DNA of 63,811 nt, filler included, from Octopus bimaculoides (Eukaryota): the NCBI RefSeq assembly GCF_001194135.2. It is 12 parts of 9 records of this genome, joined end to end, with 100 filler letters (N's around TTAATTAATTAA, not from the genome) between each part and the next. Parts side by side here need not be neighbours in the genome. Positions count along the whole stretch, not along the records: positions 50,335 to 54,288 come from NC_068985.1; positions 54,389 to 61,331 come from NC_069001.1; positions 61,432 to 62,491 come from NC_068987.1; positions 62,592 to 63,811 come from NC_068994.1; 8 more parts are not named here. One strand, given 5' to 3'. Position 1 is the stretch's first letter, and each line of letters opens with the position of its first letter. Both the position numbers and the translations under genes were made by a program. Below, piece by piece: positions 51,972 through 63,811 of the stretch. The notes beneath the pieces were generated by a model. It was not told the DNA's origin and searched no databases. It worked only from the letters and a program-made list of their open reading frames with translations.

Positions 51972-52964
51972 GCTAGAATACTTTCGATCTTACCTCTGCC
52001 CGATTAGAGTTGACTTGGAGTTAATCAATTTTAACAGGGTGGATTTTTACTATTAGATAACAAGGGTTGGATGGTTTTACCATCTTATTGTTATACGATG
52101 CCCACCCCATAAAGTGAGCATTGAGCGGTCAGGCTATCCGCTATGTTTCAAATAAATCTTTTATTACGAGCTAACGTGAAAGGTTCTACATGTAGTGGTC
52201 ATTCGAGCGGCTAGAAATAGCAGCCAAAATCTTCTCTTTGACCATACCTTTATTGTATCAAAAAATATATAGCGATCTCATGGTGAGGGCATTTTAAGTT
52301 TGCTGTTTTAACCAATGAGAAATCTCAGCTCACAAACCAATGACACACTTTTTCTTTCTTTCTTTTACTTTTTTTTTTGGGGGGGGGCTGGATCAACAAA
52401 ATCATGTGGTCATTTAAGATTCACCGACATCACTAGCGGTATTTTAACCAATCAGACATTCTACCCCAAAATTTAACTGATAGACTTGCAGAGTTCTTTT
52501 GACAGTTTAATGCAAGTGGAAACAGACTCATTGACTTTTTAATTCTTGATATCAGACAAATCTTTCCTTTTCGTAGCAGCTAAGGTTAAGCTTCATATTT
52601 TTTGTCTCGTTTTACTAGCCGTCACATTTTTATTTAACCTTGATAAAAGGACTTCCAGTGTTAGAAAGAAAAGAAAAAAAAACTCATGTTCTTTATTTTC
52701 CTCCTTCTCAGCTGAGAATTTAGACTGCAAACAAATTTGTTCAACTGACATGAAAATATCTATATAATTTCCATAGCACGCTACTGCAATATAAATTTAT
52801 CTGACTAATAGGTATACATTTTCACACATTTATCCGATTTACGTAAACTTTTCCCTCGTTGGAAATTAACATTTGAAATTTCCTATGCCTGAATTCTGTC
52901 GTAGTTTAAATGGAATTGTCAAACCACATGCTGTGTAATTATTACTGGATTTTTAAAACAACAT

Positions 52965-53076
52965 CCATTGAGATTTAATTTTGTCTAAATTTTGGAAATC
53001 AAAAGACAAATTATCTACAACCATTGAGATTTAATTTTGTCTAAATTTAGGAAATTAAAAGACATTATCTACAACC
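52965..53076. repeat. About 56-bp tandem duplication (2 copies)
   Basis: ccattgagatttaattttgtctaaatt..ggaaat.aaaagaca..ttatctacaa x2. Confidence 0.85.
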
Positions 53077-54388
53077 AAGTTTTGTCAGTTTCTTAAAAAT
53101 AATTTAAAATATAGACTAGGTCTACTCGATCACGTGTCCATTTGCAACTAAATTGCAGCGTTTTAAAGCCAGCTTTGTATTGAAAAAAAAAATGTTTTTT
53201 CAGTTTGCTTCTGACAACGAAATTGATAGTAAATTCGGTGGCTCAACAGAAGTTGAATGGATTCTGACATTAAGATCTTTATATTAATGGGGGGGAAAAG
53301 TACTTGAGTTTGCGTGACAGAGAAATGATAAGTTGGGAACAATAGCGTTCCCTTTAAGAATACCAACTTCTATTACAGTACATGTCATGCAAATGTTTCG
53401 CAGTCCATGAAGATAAAATGTTGAATTCCTTACTCGAAGCAAAAGAGATGCGCTGAAATAACCATTTCACGTCGCAAGGCTCATTCTCTAAGAGGCTCGG
53501 GACTCCAGACGTTTCCACCGCTATAAGGTTAAAAATATATTTGAAAGTGGGTCTGCTGTTGAATACACTATATTGCCACTGGAGAAGGTATCAACGTCTA
53601 TCATGCAGAAAATGCCAGCTTCCAAATCCTGTTTTTTGATTAGGTAAAATTGATTAAACTTTAAACATTTTTCTGCAACATTTTTGGAACAAATAAACAA
53701 CAAAATCGGATTTAACATGGAAAATTATTTCAATATTCCAAATTTGGACATTTTGACGTAATTCTAAAATCTCACTATATGTGATAGCAACAGGAAGGAC
53801 CCTACAAATGTAGAGTCAGATATGAGACGTGGCACACACGTACACACACACACACACACACACTTACAAATGTCCACACAGGTAATCACAAGTTTAAAAT
53901 GGTGTATAGTAGACGTATGTATGTTTAGTGACAATTTATTAGCAGACGACTGTTATATGTTCAATGTCCGGAGTTTTATCCACGCATGCGCAGGGACTAG
54001 TTCCGGAAGGAATACAGGAAGAGTCTCATGCGCATGTGTAGAGTTCGACACCCAGCTTTGGCGCCTTTTCTCAGTCTCTTCGTTGACTGATCTCCGTCGA
54101 GCCAAGACGTCCAACAGAGTTCTCTCACATGTCAGCACCAGAGTTTCACAAATAACCACGGAAATCATTCAGAAGGCGTCTCAGTAACCGAGGACGACGA
54201 GCTACTGAATTCCCTCCAAGCGTGAACTGAATTCCACTGTAAATAAATATTGTTATGTTGTTCAGAATCTGCGTTCCGTTGTTTCTTCNNNNNNNNNNNN
54301 NNNNNNNNNNNNNNNNNNNNNNNNNNNNNNNNTTAATTAATTAANNNNNNNNNNNNNNNNNNNNNNNNNNNNNNNNNNNNNNNNNNNN

Positions 54389-54790
54389 AGTGGTATTGGT
54401 AAGTGTGGTTGAGGTGGTGTTTATTGATGGTACTCGCTATTCTTTTCGTACTTATGGTGTTTGTTGTAGTAGTGGTGGTAATTGTAACGATTGTGTTTGT
54501 GTTGTTGTTGTGGTGATGGTGGTGTTGGCTGTAATAGTATCAGTGGTGATCGTTTTGGCTGTGGTGATAGGTCTGGTTGTTGTGGTTGTGGTTGTAGTAG
54601 TGGTGGTTATGGTAGTGATGATGGCAGTGGTGGTAGTAGTTGTGGTAGTGGTTGTAGTGATGGTGGTTGTGTGACTGATGAGAGTAGCACTAGTTGTTGC
54701 TGTTGTAGTAGAAGTGGTGGTTGTCATCCTGGTCATCATCATGGTAGCCATGGTTATTGTTGCAACAACTGAGAATGTAGTGGTGTTGTA
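54389..54790. repeat. Degenerate (GTN/GAT)n trinucleotide low-complexity tract
   Basis: Mixed gtg/gta/gtt/gat triplets that generate spurious poly-V and poly-T ORFs. Confidence 0.8.
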
Positions 54791-55322
54791 CTACCAAGCA
54801 GTACTGTAATACACTGCATTACTATGGCACTTTGTGCCACCAAGCGATGCTGGAGTGCAGTGTTAATATTGTATGGCACTACCAAGCAATGCTGTAATAC
54901 ATTACATTATGATGTACCACAATGTACTTCAAGGTGGAACTCCAGCTTGGCCACAATACAATGATTGAAACCATTGAAAGAGTAAAAAAAGTAGTCTTGA
55001 AAAACACAAACGGATGGTCACATTTAATAAGGTAGTCCGAGGTACACTGTGTCAAAAATAGAAAAGACAAAAGAAAAGGACCATCTACTTCCTGCTGCAG
55101 CACTTCTGGTCAGCAGTCTTCAAGATCAGGAACTGACTCTCAACCTAATCACACTCTCCACTACACACACTCCAACGCTATTGAATAACCCTCCACAGAA
55201 TCACACATGATGACTGCCTCTCTCTTTCTCTCAACACCATTTCAACTTTGTCCATTGTGTCTGTTCATCTTCTTCAACCCTATGCATTCTACTCCTCCCA
55301 CTACCCTTTCTGTCTCACATTT

Positions 55323-55615
55323 TCCTAATACATCTGCTACTCTCTCTCATTCTCTCTCTCTCTCCTTCTCTCTCTCTCTCCTTCTCTCTCTCTCTCTCCT
55401 TCTCTCTCTCTCTCTCCTTCTCTCTCTCTCTCTTTCTCTCTCTCTCCTTCTCTCTCTCTCCTTCTCTCTCTCTCTCCCTCTCTCTCTCTCCTTCCCTCTC
55501 TCTCCCCTTTCTGACTTCTCTCTATCTTGTCTATTTACCTATCTTTACCTTTCTCATTTACCCTAACACCTCTTCTGCTCTCTCCTTTTGACCTCTCTCT
55601 CTCTCTCTCTCTCTC
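55323..55615. repeat. (CT)n compound microsatellite; representative of dozens of (CA)n, (TA)n, (ATCT)n, (GGAT)n, (ATAC)n, (ATT)n and (CTT)n tracts across the window
   Basis: Directly visible. Other examples: (CA)n 2637-2722, (GATA)n 26936-27083, (CTT)n 37607-37700, (ATT)n 56254-56384. Confidence 0.95.
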
Positions 55616-56253
55616 GCTAGCCTCTTCCCTCTCCCTCATTTACATATATGCTTCCACTACCACCTTTGCACTCCACCTCTCACATCTTCTCTCCTCTTTC
55701 CACACTTCTCCCCCNNNNNNNNNNNNNNNNNNNNNNNNNNNNNNNNNNNNNNNNNNNNNNNNNNNNNNNNNNNNNNNNNNNNNNNNNNNNNNNNNNNNNN
55801 NNNNNNNNNNNNNNNNNNNNNNNNNNNNNNNNNNNNNNNNNNNNNNNNNNNNNNNNNNNNNNNNNNNNNNNNNNNNNNNNNNNNNNNNNNNNNNNNNNNN
55901 NNNNNNNNNNNNNNNNNNNNNNNNNNNNNNNNNNNNNNNNNNNNNNNNNNNNNNNNNNNNNNNNNNNNNNNNNNNNNNNNNNNNNNNNNNNNNNNNNNNN
56001 NNNNNNNNNNNNNNNNNNNNNNNNNNNNNNNNNNNNNNNNNNNNNNNNNNNNNNNNNNNNNNNNNNNNNNNNNNNNNNNNNNNNNNNNNNNNNNNNNNNN
56101 NNNNNNNNNNNNNNNNNNNNNNNNNNNNNNNNNNNNNNNNNNNNNNNNNNNNNNNNNNNNNNNNNNNNNNNNNNNNNNNNNNNNNNNCAGCATCATGCAG
56201 CCATTCACCTTTATTATTTTTTACTGTATATTTTCTACTGTAATGCAATTTTA

Positions 56254-56308
<55 letters not shown>

Positions 56309-56309
56309 C

Positions 56310-56386
<77 letters not shown>

Positions 56387-56599
56387 AGCAGTGAGCTGGC
56401 AGAATCATTAGAGTGCCAAGCAAAATGCTTAGCAGCATTTTGTCTCCCTTTATATTCTGAGTTCAAACTCCACCAAGGTCAGCTTTGCCTTTTGTCCTTT
56501 ATGGGTCAATTAAATAAGCACTGGAGTTGATGTAATCAACCAGCCATCTCCATGAAATTAATGGCCTTGTACCAAAATTTGAAACAATTATTTTTATTA

Positions 56600-56649
<50 letters not shown>

Positions 56650-56787
56650 TAAGTGGTGAGCTGGCAGAATCATTAGCATGCTGGACGAAATGCTTAGCGG
56701 TATTTCGCCTGAGTTCAATTTCTGCTGAGGTCGACTTTGCCTTTCATCCTTTCAGAGTCAATAAATTAAATACCAGTTAAACACTGG
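56387..56787 (+). mobile_element. SINE family A, two copies each preceded by (ATT)n
   Basis: gagctggcagaatcattag...ctgagttcaa...ctttgcctt, at 56387-56585 and 56655-56787. Confidence 0.7.
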
Positions 56788-58346
56788 GTGTGCCTGTACT
56801 AGTAAGGATTATTATCATTGTCTTTCAATTTTGATTCCATTTCTTGCCAAATGTCTTCCTGACACCTAGGGCAAACAAACTCACTGTATTCATTGGCCAT
56901 CAAAATAAACACACCAGATTGTTTATTTACAAAATCAATGAAAATTAAGTAAAAAAATTTTCCACACTGTTGTAGTGACTTGCATTAAAGCATGTCCAGT
57001 CCATCCTTGTACTACAATCCATATATACACGGACTAAATCTTTGCCATTTGTCTTCCTGTGCAGTCATATTCTCCAATATTAGCTGACCATGCATTCTTT
57101 GTTCTGCATTTGGTTTCATATCATTTGGTGCAGTGGTTGCTCTGAAATATTAGCATAACTTTTAATGCAAGTTTTGCTTCACCACACTGTATACATATAT
57201 ATATATATGATGGGCTTCTTTCAGTTTCCATCTACCAAATCCACTCACAAGGCTTTGGTCGGCCTGTAGTAGAAGACATTAGCCCACGGTGTAACACAGT
57301 GGCACTGAACCCAGGACTAGGTTGTTGGGAAGCAAACCTCTTACCACACAGCCACACAATGTGTATATGTGTGTGCATGAGAGAGAGAGGGAGAGAGAGA
57401 GCGGGAGAGAGAGAGTAGTTTTGAAGACCCAATATATCAAGGAATCTAATATCATAANNNNNNNNNNNNNNNNNNNNNNNNNNNNNNNNNNNNNNNNNNN
57501 NNNNNNNNNNNNNNNNNNNNNNNNNNNNNNNNNNNNNNNNNNNNNNNNNNNNNNNNNNNNNNNNNNNNNNNNNNNNNNNNNNNNNNNNNNNNNNNNNNNN
57601 NNNNNNNNNNNNNNNNNNNNNNNNNNNNNNNNNNNNNNNNNNNNNNNNNNNNNNNNNNNNNNNNNNNNNNNNNNNNNNNNNNNNNNNNNNNNNNNNNNNN
57701 NNNNNNNNNNNNNNNNNNNNNNNNNNNNNNNNNNNNNNNNNNNNNNNNNNNNNNNNNNNNNNNNNNNNNNNNNNNNNNNNNNNNNNNNNNNNNNNNNNNN
57801 NNNNNNNNNNNNNNNNNNNNNNNNNNNNNNNNNNNNNNNNNNNNNNNNNNNNNNNNNNNNNNNNNNNNNNNNNNNNNNNNNNNNNNNNNNNNNNNNNNNN
57901 NNNNNNNNNNNNNNNNNNNNNNNNNNNNNNNNNNNNNNNNNNNNNNNNNNNNNNNNNNNNNNNNNNNNNNNNNNNNNNNNNNNNNNNNNNNNNNNNNNNN
58001 NNNNNNNNNNNNNNNNNNNNNNNNNNNNNNNNNNNNNNNNNNNNNNNNNNNNNNNNNNNNNNNNNNNNNNNNNNNNNNNNNNNNNNNNNNNNNNNNNNNN
58101 NNNNNNNNNNNNNNNNNNNNNNNNNNNNNNNNNNNNNNNNNNNNNNNNNNNNNNNNNNNNNNNNNNNNNNNNNNNNNNNNNNNNNNNNNNNNNNNNNNNN
58201 NNNNNNNNNNNNNNNNNNNNNNNNNNNNNNNNNNNNNNNNNNNNNNNNNNNNNNNNNNNNNNNNNNNNNNNNNNNNNNNNNNNNNNNNNNNNNNNNNNNN
58301 NNNNNNNNNNNNNNNNNNNNNNNNNNNNNNNNNNNNNNNNNNNNNN

Positions 58347-58408
<62 letters not shown>

Positions 58409-58660
58409 AGCACATATTATTAGTATTTTTTGTTTGTTGTATAATTTTTACTTCCTCAATACAGATATTCCACTGTTTGCTTGGCTGTAGAAATTCTTTT
58501 ATGTTTCTGAACAGCAAAATTGGTTTAGTAAAATCTCAGTTAATTTACTAACGATTTCCATTCATTTACTCGATATAATAGCAGACCTAACCATTCATTG
58601 GCAGTAATTCTGTGGGACCACTGAGAATTAGTATATACACACATACATACACATACATAC

Positions 58661-58691
<31 letters not shown>

Positions 58692-59539
58692 CAGAGTGAG
58701 AGAGAAAGACTTATTATCAAAGGTTTCCTATTATGACCATCCTCTCTTAACAAAATGTGCCCTTCTATTTGCAAAATGTTAGAATGTGATTGGAGGATAT
58801 TTGGCTACTGTTTCTAGCAGGTTCAACATGTCCCTTTTTGATTTACTGGTTATTTACATATCTTTGTGTATATATGCATGTTTGTGTGTGTGTGTGTGTG
58901 TATACACACACACACATATGTATGTCCTCTCACTAACACTTTACATTGATCATACGCACACACACACATAAGCCCCCACACACACCACACACTGAGCCAC
59001 CAAATTCTCTGTTTTCTCTTCCACCACCATATGTCTCTCACTGTCTTCATACATAACACCAGCATCTCCTTCCACCACCACCACCCCTCACACCTGCAAT
59101 TTACCTACCTGCACGTCATCTCTCTCTGTTACTTACGTTTGTCTCCTGTCTACTTTATCATCATTACTATTCAGCTGTTGCACCCAGCTTTTTTCCTGTG
59201 CTGTCAGTCATCCCCTACTCTCCCTAACTCTCCTGCAATTCATTCATCATTGGTCATATCCTCCCTTCACTACATCCACCTTTCAACCTTATCCAATCTT
59301 TACAACTGTCAACCACCTTCCCTCCCTTCATCCATCTCCCCCTCCACCATACACTCGTGCAATCTCCATCCACCCTCATTCCTGTTTCATCTATCCCCAA
59401 TCACGTCTACCCACCTCATACCTACACACACACACACACACACATATATGACAGACTTCTTCCAGTTTCCATCTACCAAATCCACTCACAAGACTTTAGT
59501 AGAAGGCACTGTGTGTGTGCTTATAGACACACATTGACT

Positions 59540-60260
59540 CATTGCTGGTTTCTCTATTTCTGTTCTCTCTTTTACCCTTTTCTGAAGAGTTGTACTGCAC
59601 ACCTGAGCACTGCATCCAATAAGTTCATCATTCGTACTATCATCGTCCATAACAAGTCTTCTCATTGAAGAAGACCTCTGCCCCTCTTCACTGGGGACAA
59701 ATATCATCCTCCTCTGTTGACCGGCCCTTTCAAGCTATGCATTCTAAATGCAGTCATTATCTCTCATGCTGTTTTTCTTTTAATAATTTATTCTATTTTC
59801 TCCTGTCTAGACTTCTTAATTCCCTTCCTGTCCAGTTGAGAAAATTGTAACAGTAACCAACCCATCACCTGCACACCTGAAGTATAAACACCTCTTACCT
59901 TATTTTAGACATTTAGTCTTTGTTTGAAATATCCGTCTGAAGCTCCTTTCTTACCAAAAACTTCTCTTTCATTTGCGTCAGTTGTGTTCTGTCTGCTTCG
60001 TTAATTCCTAAATATTATTTCTAAGTCTTTGATTACTTCAGTTCTCTTATCTTTGTTTCTTTATCCAACCTGATTTCAGTGAGTCTTATTAAGTTTTGTT
60101 TTCTTTCTCTCGCTTGACATATTTACATATTTCTCTAAAACAAAGCTTCGTATCACTCAATACATCAACTGAATCTGTCTACTGTTTGCAGAGATGTTTC
60201 CATTTGTTTGTCGTCTGCGACATACACACGTTCGGGCTTTGTTATATACAGAAAAAAGAT
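59540..60260 (-). mobile_element. Degenerate R4/Dong-like LINE fragment
   Basis: MKEKF..., NWTGRELRSLDRR and YLS..KRGRGLL match the same post-RT region as copy A. Many stops. Confidence 0.45.
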
Positions 60261-60299
60261 GGTTGGTTTTCCTCTCTCGTATAGCAGGTATATGAATGT

Positions 60300-60560
60300 A
60301 TATGTAGGTCCGTGGATGCATGCGACTGGTCTCCTTGCCTTGACATCATGTGATAGTTGTAAACAAACGTTACCATCAGGTGAGCAGTGTCTTTCGTTTG
60401 TCTTTTGTCAAAACATGCCTGGTCATGGGGAAATATTACCTTGCTTGGGAACAATTTAAGGTTAGCAACAGGGAAGGTATCCAACCTTAGAAACACCACC
60501 TCAACAAAATTCCGTCCAACCCATGCAAGCATGGAAAAGTGGACGTTAAAACAATGATGA
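60300..60560 (+). mobile_element. SINE-like repeat with (GAT)n tail
   Basis: Tail catgcaagcatggaaaagtggacgttaaaacaatgatgatg. Related copies at about 430-555(+), 7190-7360(-), 9640-9830(-) and 14440-14500(-). Confidence 0.55.
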
Positions 60561-61165
60561 TGATAGTAATAATCCTTTCTGTTACAGGTACACAGGCCTG
60601 AATTTTTGGGGGAGCGTGCTAATCGATTTTGTGGACCCCAGTATTTAACTGGTACTCATTTTATCAACCCTGAAAGGATGAAAGGCTAAATTGACCTGGG
60701 TGACATTTGTCCTCAGGATGTAAAGACATGAAATGCCACTAACATCAAGCATGCTTAAAGATAATATTTCTCATGTGCAAAATATTTAAGAGGGAACTCA
60801 ATAAAAGTGCAAAACCAGAAATAAAATTATGTAATGATGTATAACCATAACTAAATTGAAGATACTTGAAACAAAATCAAATTGTATACACACATACATA
60901 CATGTCCGCATGCATAAGTGTGTATGTGTGTGTGCATATACTGAGAGAGAAAGAGAGAGATAGCATAATAATGAATATATGTAATATATATATATATTTC
61001 GAGTATAACCGAAATTGCAAAGATAGTCTGGAACTCGACTGAGGATAGAAAACTCCGAATGACCCATCCTTGTTTTCTTTGTATCGTCTGTCTGGATGTT
61101 TGTTGTCCCTTTTTGTATCACCTAACTGTCTGGATATTTTGTGCTCTTGCCCCGTTTTTGTATTT

Positions 61166-61200
<35 letters not shown>

Positions 61201-61431
61201 GTCATTGTTTTAACTATAATTATAGTTACATATCTATGTGTGTGTGTGTGAATGTGCATATGCATGCGTGCATGTATGAACACATTACCTTTCACCCAGA
61301 TATATACACACATTCTTACACATGCACACACNNNNNNNNNNNNNNNNNNNNNNNNNNNNNNNNNNNNNNNNNNNNTTAATTAATTAANNNNNNNNNNNNN
61401 NNNNNNNNNNNNNNNNNNNNNNNNNNNNNNN

Positions 61432-62491
61432 GTTTCTCGATGACAAGCGCCAACCTCTCGTCTAACACTTTGGCCCAAATTTTCAAATCTGCGTTGAGCA
61501 GAGTGATGGGCCGAAAATTATCTATGATGTTCCCCTTGTTTGGGTCTTTCTTTAGTAGTGCCACTGCTCCTCGCTTTACAAAGACGGGGATGCTCCCGTT
61601 TTGCTACCTGTTGCAGTAGACAGCTGCCAAGACGCCTCCAAACAAGTCTGGCATATGACAATAAAGTTCGTAGGGCAGACCATCCAAGCCTGGCGACTTG
61701 TCTCCCTTACAGCCTGCCATCGCATCCCGTACGTCCGCGGCTGTGATGGGTCTTTCACAACACTCCGCCTCTCTTGCTGAGAGTCGTGGCAGGCCATGCA
61801 GGTAGGCACTAAAGTCTACTCTGCGTTCTGACCCACCAGTTGTCCCGAACAGTCGGGCAAAGTGCTGTTGAAAGGCCTCGGACGTCCTTTCAGGCTCGAG
61901 TAAGTCGCGCCCTTCTTCATCTGTCAGAGACCTAATGGTGGCTCTGTTGCCTCGTTGCGCCTCCGCTACTCGGGCCTCTCGGGCCGCTCCAACTCCCTCG
62001 TCCCTCAGAGCACGCATCCTAGCTCTGACAACGCATCCTTCGTGTTTGGCGTTGAAATGTTGGTCGAGGGCCAACCTCGCTGCCACTACGTTGGACGCGA
62101 TGCCAGTACTAAGTGCCTCTTCTAAGTTCTTAACTAGGTCTCCCTCTATTCTATTTCGGTCTAACACTAGGGCCTTACTGTACCTAACCGATTCTGACTT
62201 GATTGCTTTTTTGGGTGCATACCATCATCTGTTGTTGATGATGGCACCCGTTAATGTTCTCTTAACTAAAGTGCTAATCCGGTCCCTGTAAGCCTGGTGT
62301 GCCGTGAACGACGCGTTCAGCTTCCAGTAACCGGGACCCTGTCTATGTGTCTTATCTAAGTCAAGCGTACAAGTGACAAATTTGTGGTCTATGTAGCTGA
62401 CTATGTGGAATTGTGGACAACCTACTCTATCCTTATCCACTGTCCTACAGAATACCCTATCTAAGTACGATCTGGACGACCCGATGCGGTT
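61432..62491 (-). mobile_element. L1/Tx1-like LINE ORF2 segment (endonuclease end, linker, RT start), relatively intact
   Basis: DHKFVTC..GPGYWKLNAS, KSPGLDGLPYELY and LLKKDPNKGNIIDNFRPITLLNADLKIWAKVL. CpG-rich with few frameshifts. Fills a whole contig between two linkers. Confidence 0.88.
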
Positions 62492-62611
62492 NNNNNNNNN
62501 NNNNNNNNNNNNNNNNNNNNNNNNNNNNNNNNNNNTTAATTAATTAANNNNNNNNNNNNNNNNNNNNNNNNNNNNNNNNNNNNNNNNNNNNTATATATAT
62601 ATATATGCATT

Positions 62612-62657
<46 letters not shown>

Positions 62658-62917
62658 TGTGTGTACGTGTGTGTTTGAATGTGGTTCTGCATTTGTATAC
62701 TATGTACGTTGCGTATTTTCTTAGCCCTGGCCTCGGTCATGGTTGTATATATTTGTATAGCCGCTTCCTAAGAGAACAACGACCTAACACTCACTCTGTA
62801 ATAATAGTGCGTATATACACGCATATAGTATATATGTGTGCCTATACTATACACACATATATTTATGGTCATATATATATGTATATATATATGTGTGTGT
62901 GTATTTATATACATATA

Positions 62918-63101
62918 TACTAGAAGCGTGGAACACTCGCATAGAGCACTCGGAGTTTTGCTGCAAGCAACGGGTACGAAAGTATCCGATTTATGAACGG
63001 CGGGACGTGTGTTGATTACCGATAGGAAATCGAATAACTTCATACCCGTTGCTTGGTAGGAAACTCCGTGTACTCTATGTGAGTGTTTGCATAATATAGT
63101 A
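62918..63101. mobile_element. Small fold-back MITE
   Basis: aacactcgcatagag...caagcaacgggtacgaa...cgattt is mirrored by aaatcg...ttcatacccgttgcttg...ctctatgtgagtgtt, around a spacer of about 33 nt. Confidence 0.7.
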
Positions 63102-63538
63102 AATATATTACTCTATTTCAATAATATTCTGGTCTATTTGTGGTCACATTTGTGGTTAATCTTTATATATACTTTTTAATAGCATTGCGTACTCACCTAC
63201 ACACATATTCGTCACGTAAATGTAAATGAATCTCTGTATTTTTTCATTTTCACTAAACTTCTATATGAAATTTGATATAATGCTACATGATATTGTTACG
63301 GCAACGTTATCAGCAAGAACCAAAGATATAACAGTATATTTACATTGATATTATAATATATAATACTGATATAAATATAACATTCTATTTATGTAATACT
63401 ATTATATTGGTTTCTTATATGTATATAATATTGGATATTTGGATATATTGTAAATAATTCGACATGTGTTCACTGTTATCAGCATAATAGTTTATATATG
63501 TTTTCCTCATTAATACTCTCTACATATCCTATTCATAA

Positions 63539-63582
<44 letters not shown>

Positions 63583-63780
63583 GTATATATATATATATAA
63601 GCATATATAAATATATATGTATATACATACATATTCCCGTACATGTGCCAAATCACAGTCATACAGAAGTACATTGACTATATATGTATATATATGCATT
63701 ATGTGTGTGTGTGCGTGTGCATCTGTATCCGTGTTACTACATGTATAACTGTGAATGTGTGTATATTCATACACACATTC

Positions 63781-63811
<31 letters not shown>

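Noticed and set aside
54452-54751. Thr-rich mucin-like ORF on the - strand
   Set aside because: It lies wholly in a degenerate trinucleotide tract, with no signal peptide, splice sites or flanking domain.
34364-58551. Long ORFs of 120-412 aa filled with X
   Set aside because: They are read-through of N gaps.

Overview
AT-rich, microsatellite-dense eukaryotic (animal) genomic DNA from a fragmented draft assembly. The SINE repertoire and repeat style suggest an octopus, but that is inference. Eleven 100-bp spacers (44 N + TTAATTAATTAA + 44 N) join short contigs whose order and orientation are not guaranteed. Host-gene content: four + strand exons (8850-8941, 9315-9390, 12404-12550, 13910-14007) splice in frame to the C-terminal half of an EGFR/ErbB tyrosine kinase domain, and one orphan - strand phase-1/phase-1 exon (15187-15423) encodes a PAN/apple domain. 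The rest is mostly transposon debris: RTE, CR1/Jockey-group, R4/Dong-like and L1/Tx1-like LINE fragments, mariner and hAT-Buster fragments, fold-back MITEs, several tRNA-derived SINE families and a decayed tRNA-Lys(CTT). The most interesting structure is a head-to-head palindromic element, present twice in the EGFR region. In the complete copy each arm is a tRNA-like Pol III head, an (AAT/AAC)n spacer and a Penelope-type minimal hammerhead ribozyme. A second, unrelated inverted element carries a degenerate hammerhead in the same geometry. Most ORFs in the supplied track are microsatellite or N-gap artefacts. No CRISPR, rRNA or prokaryotic features were found.
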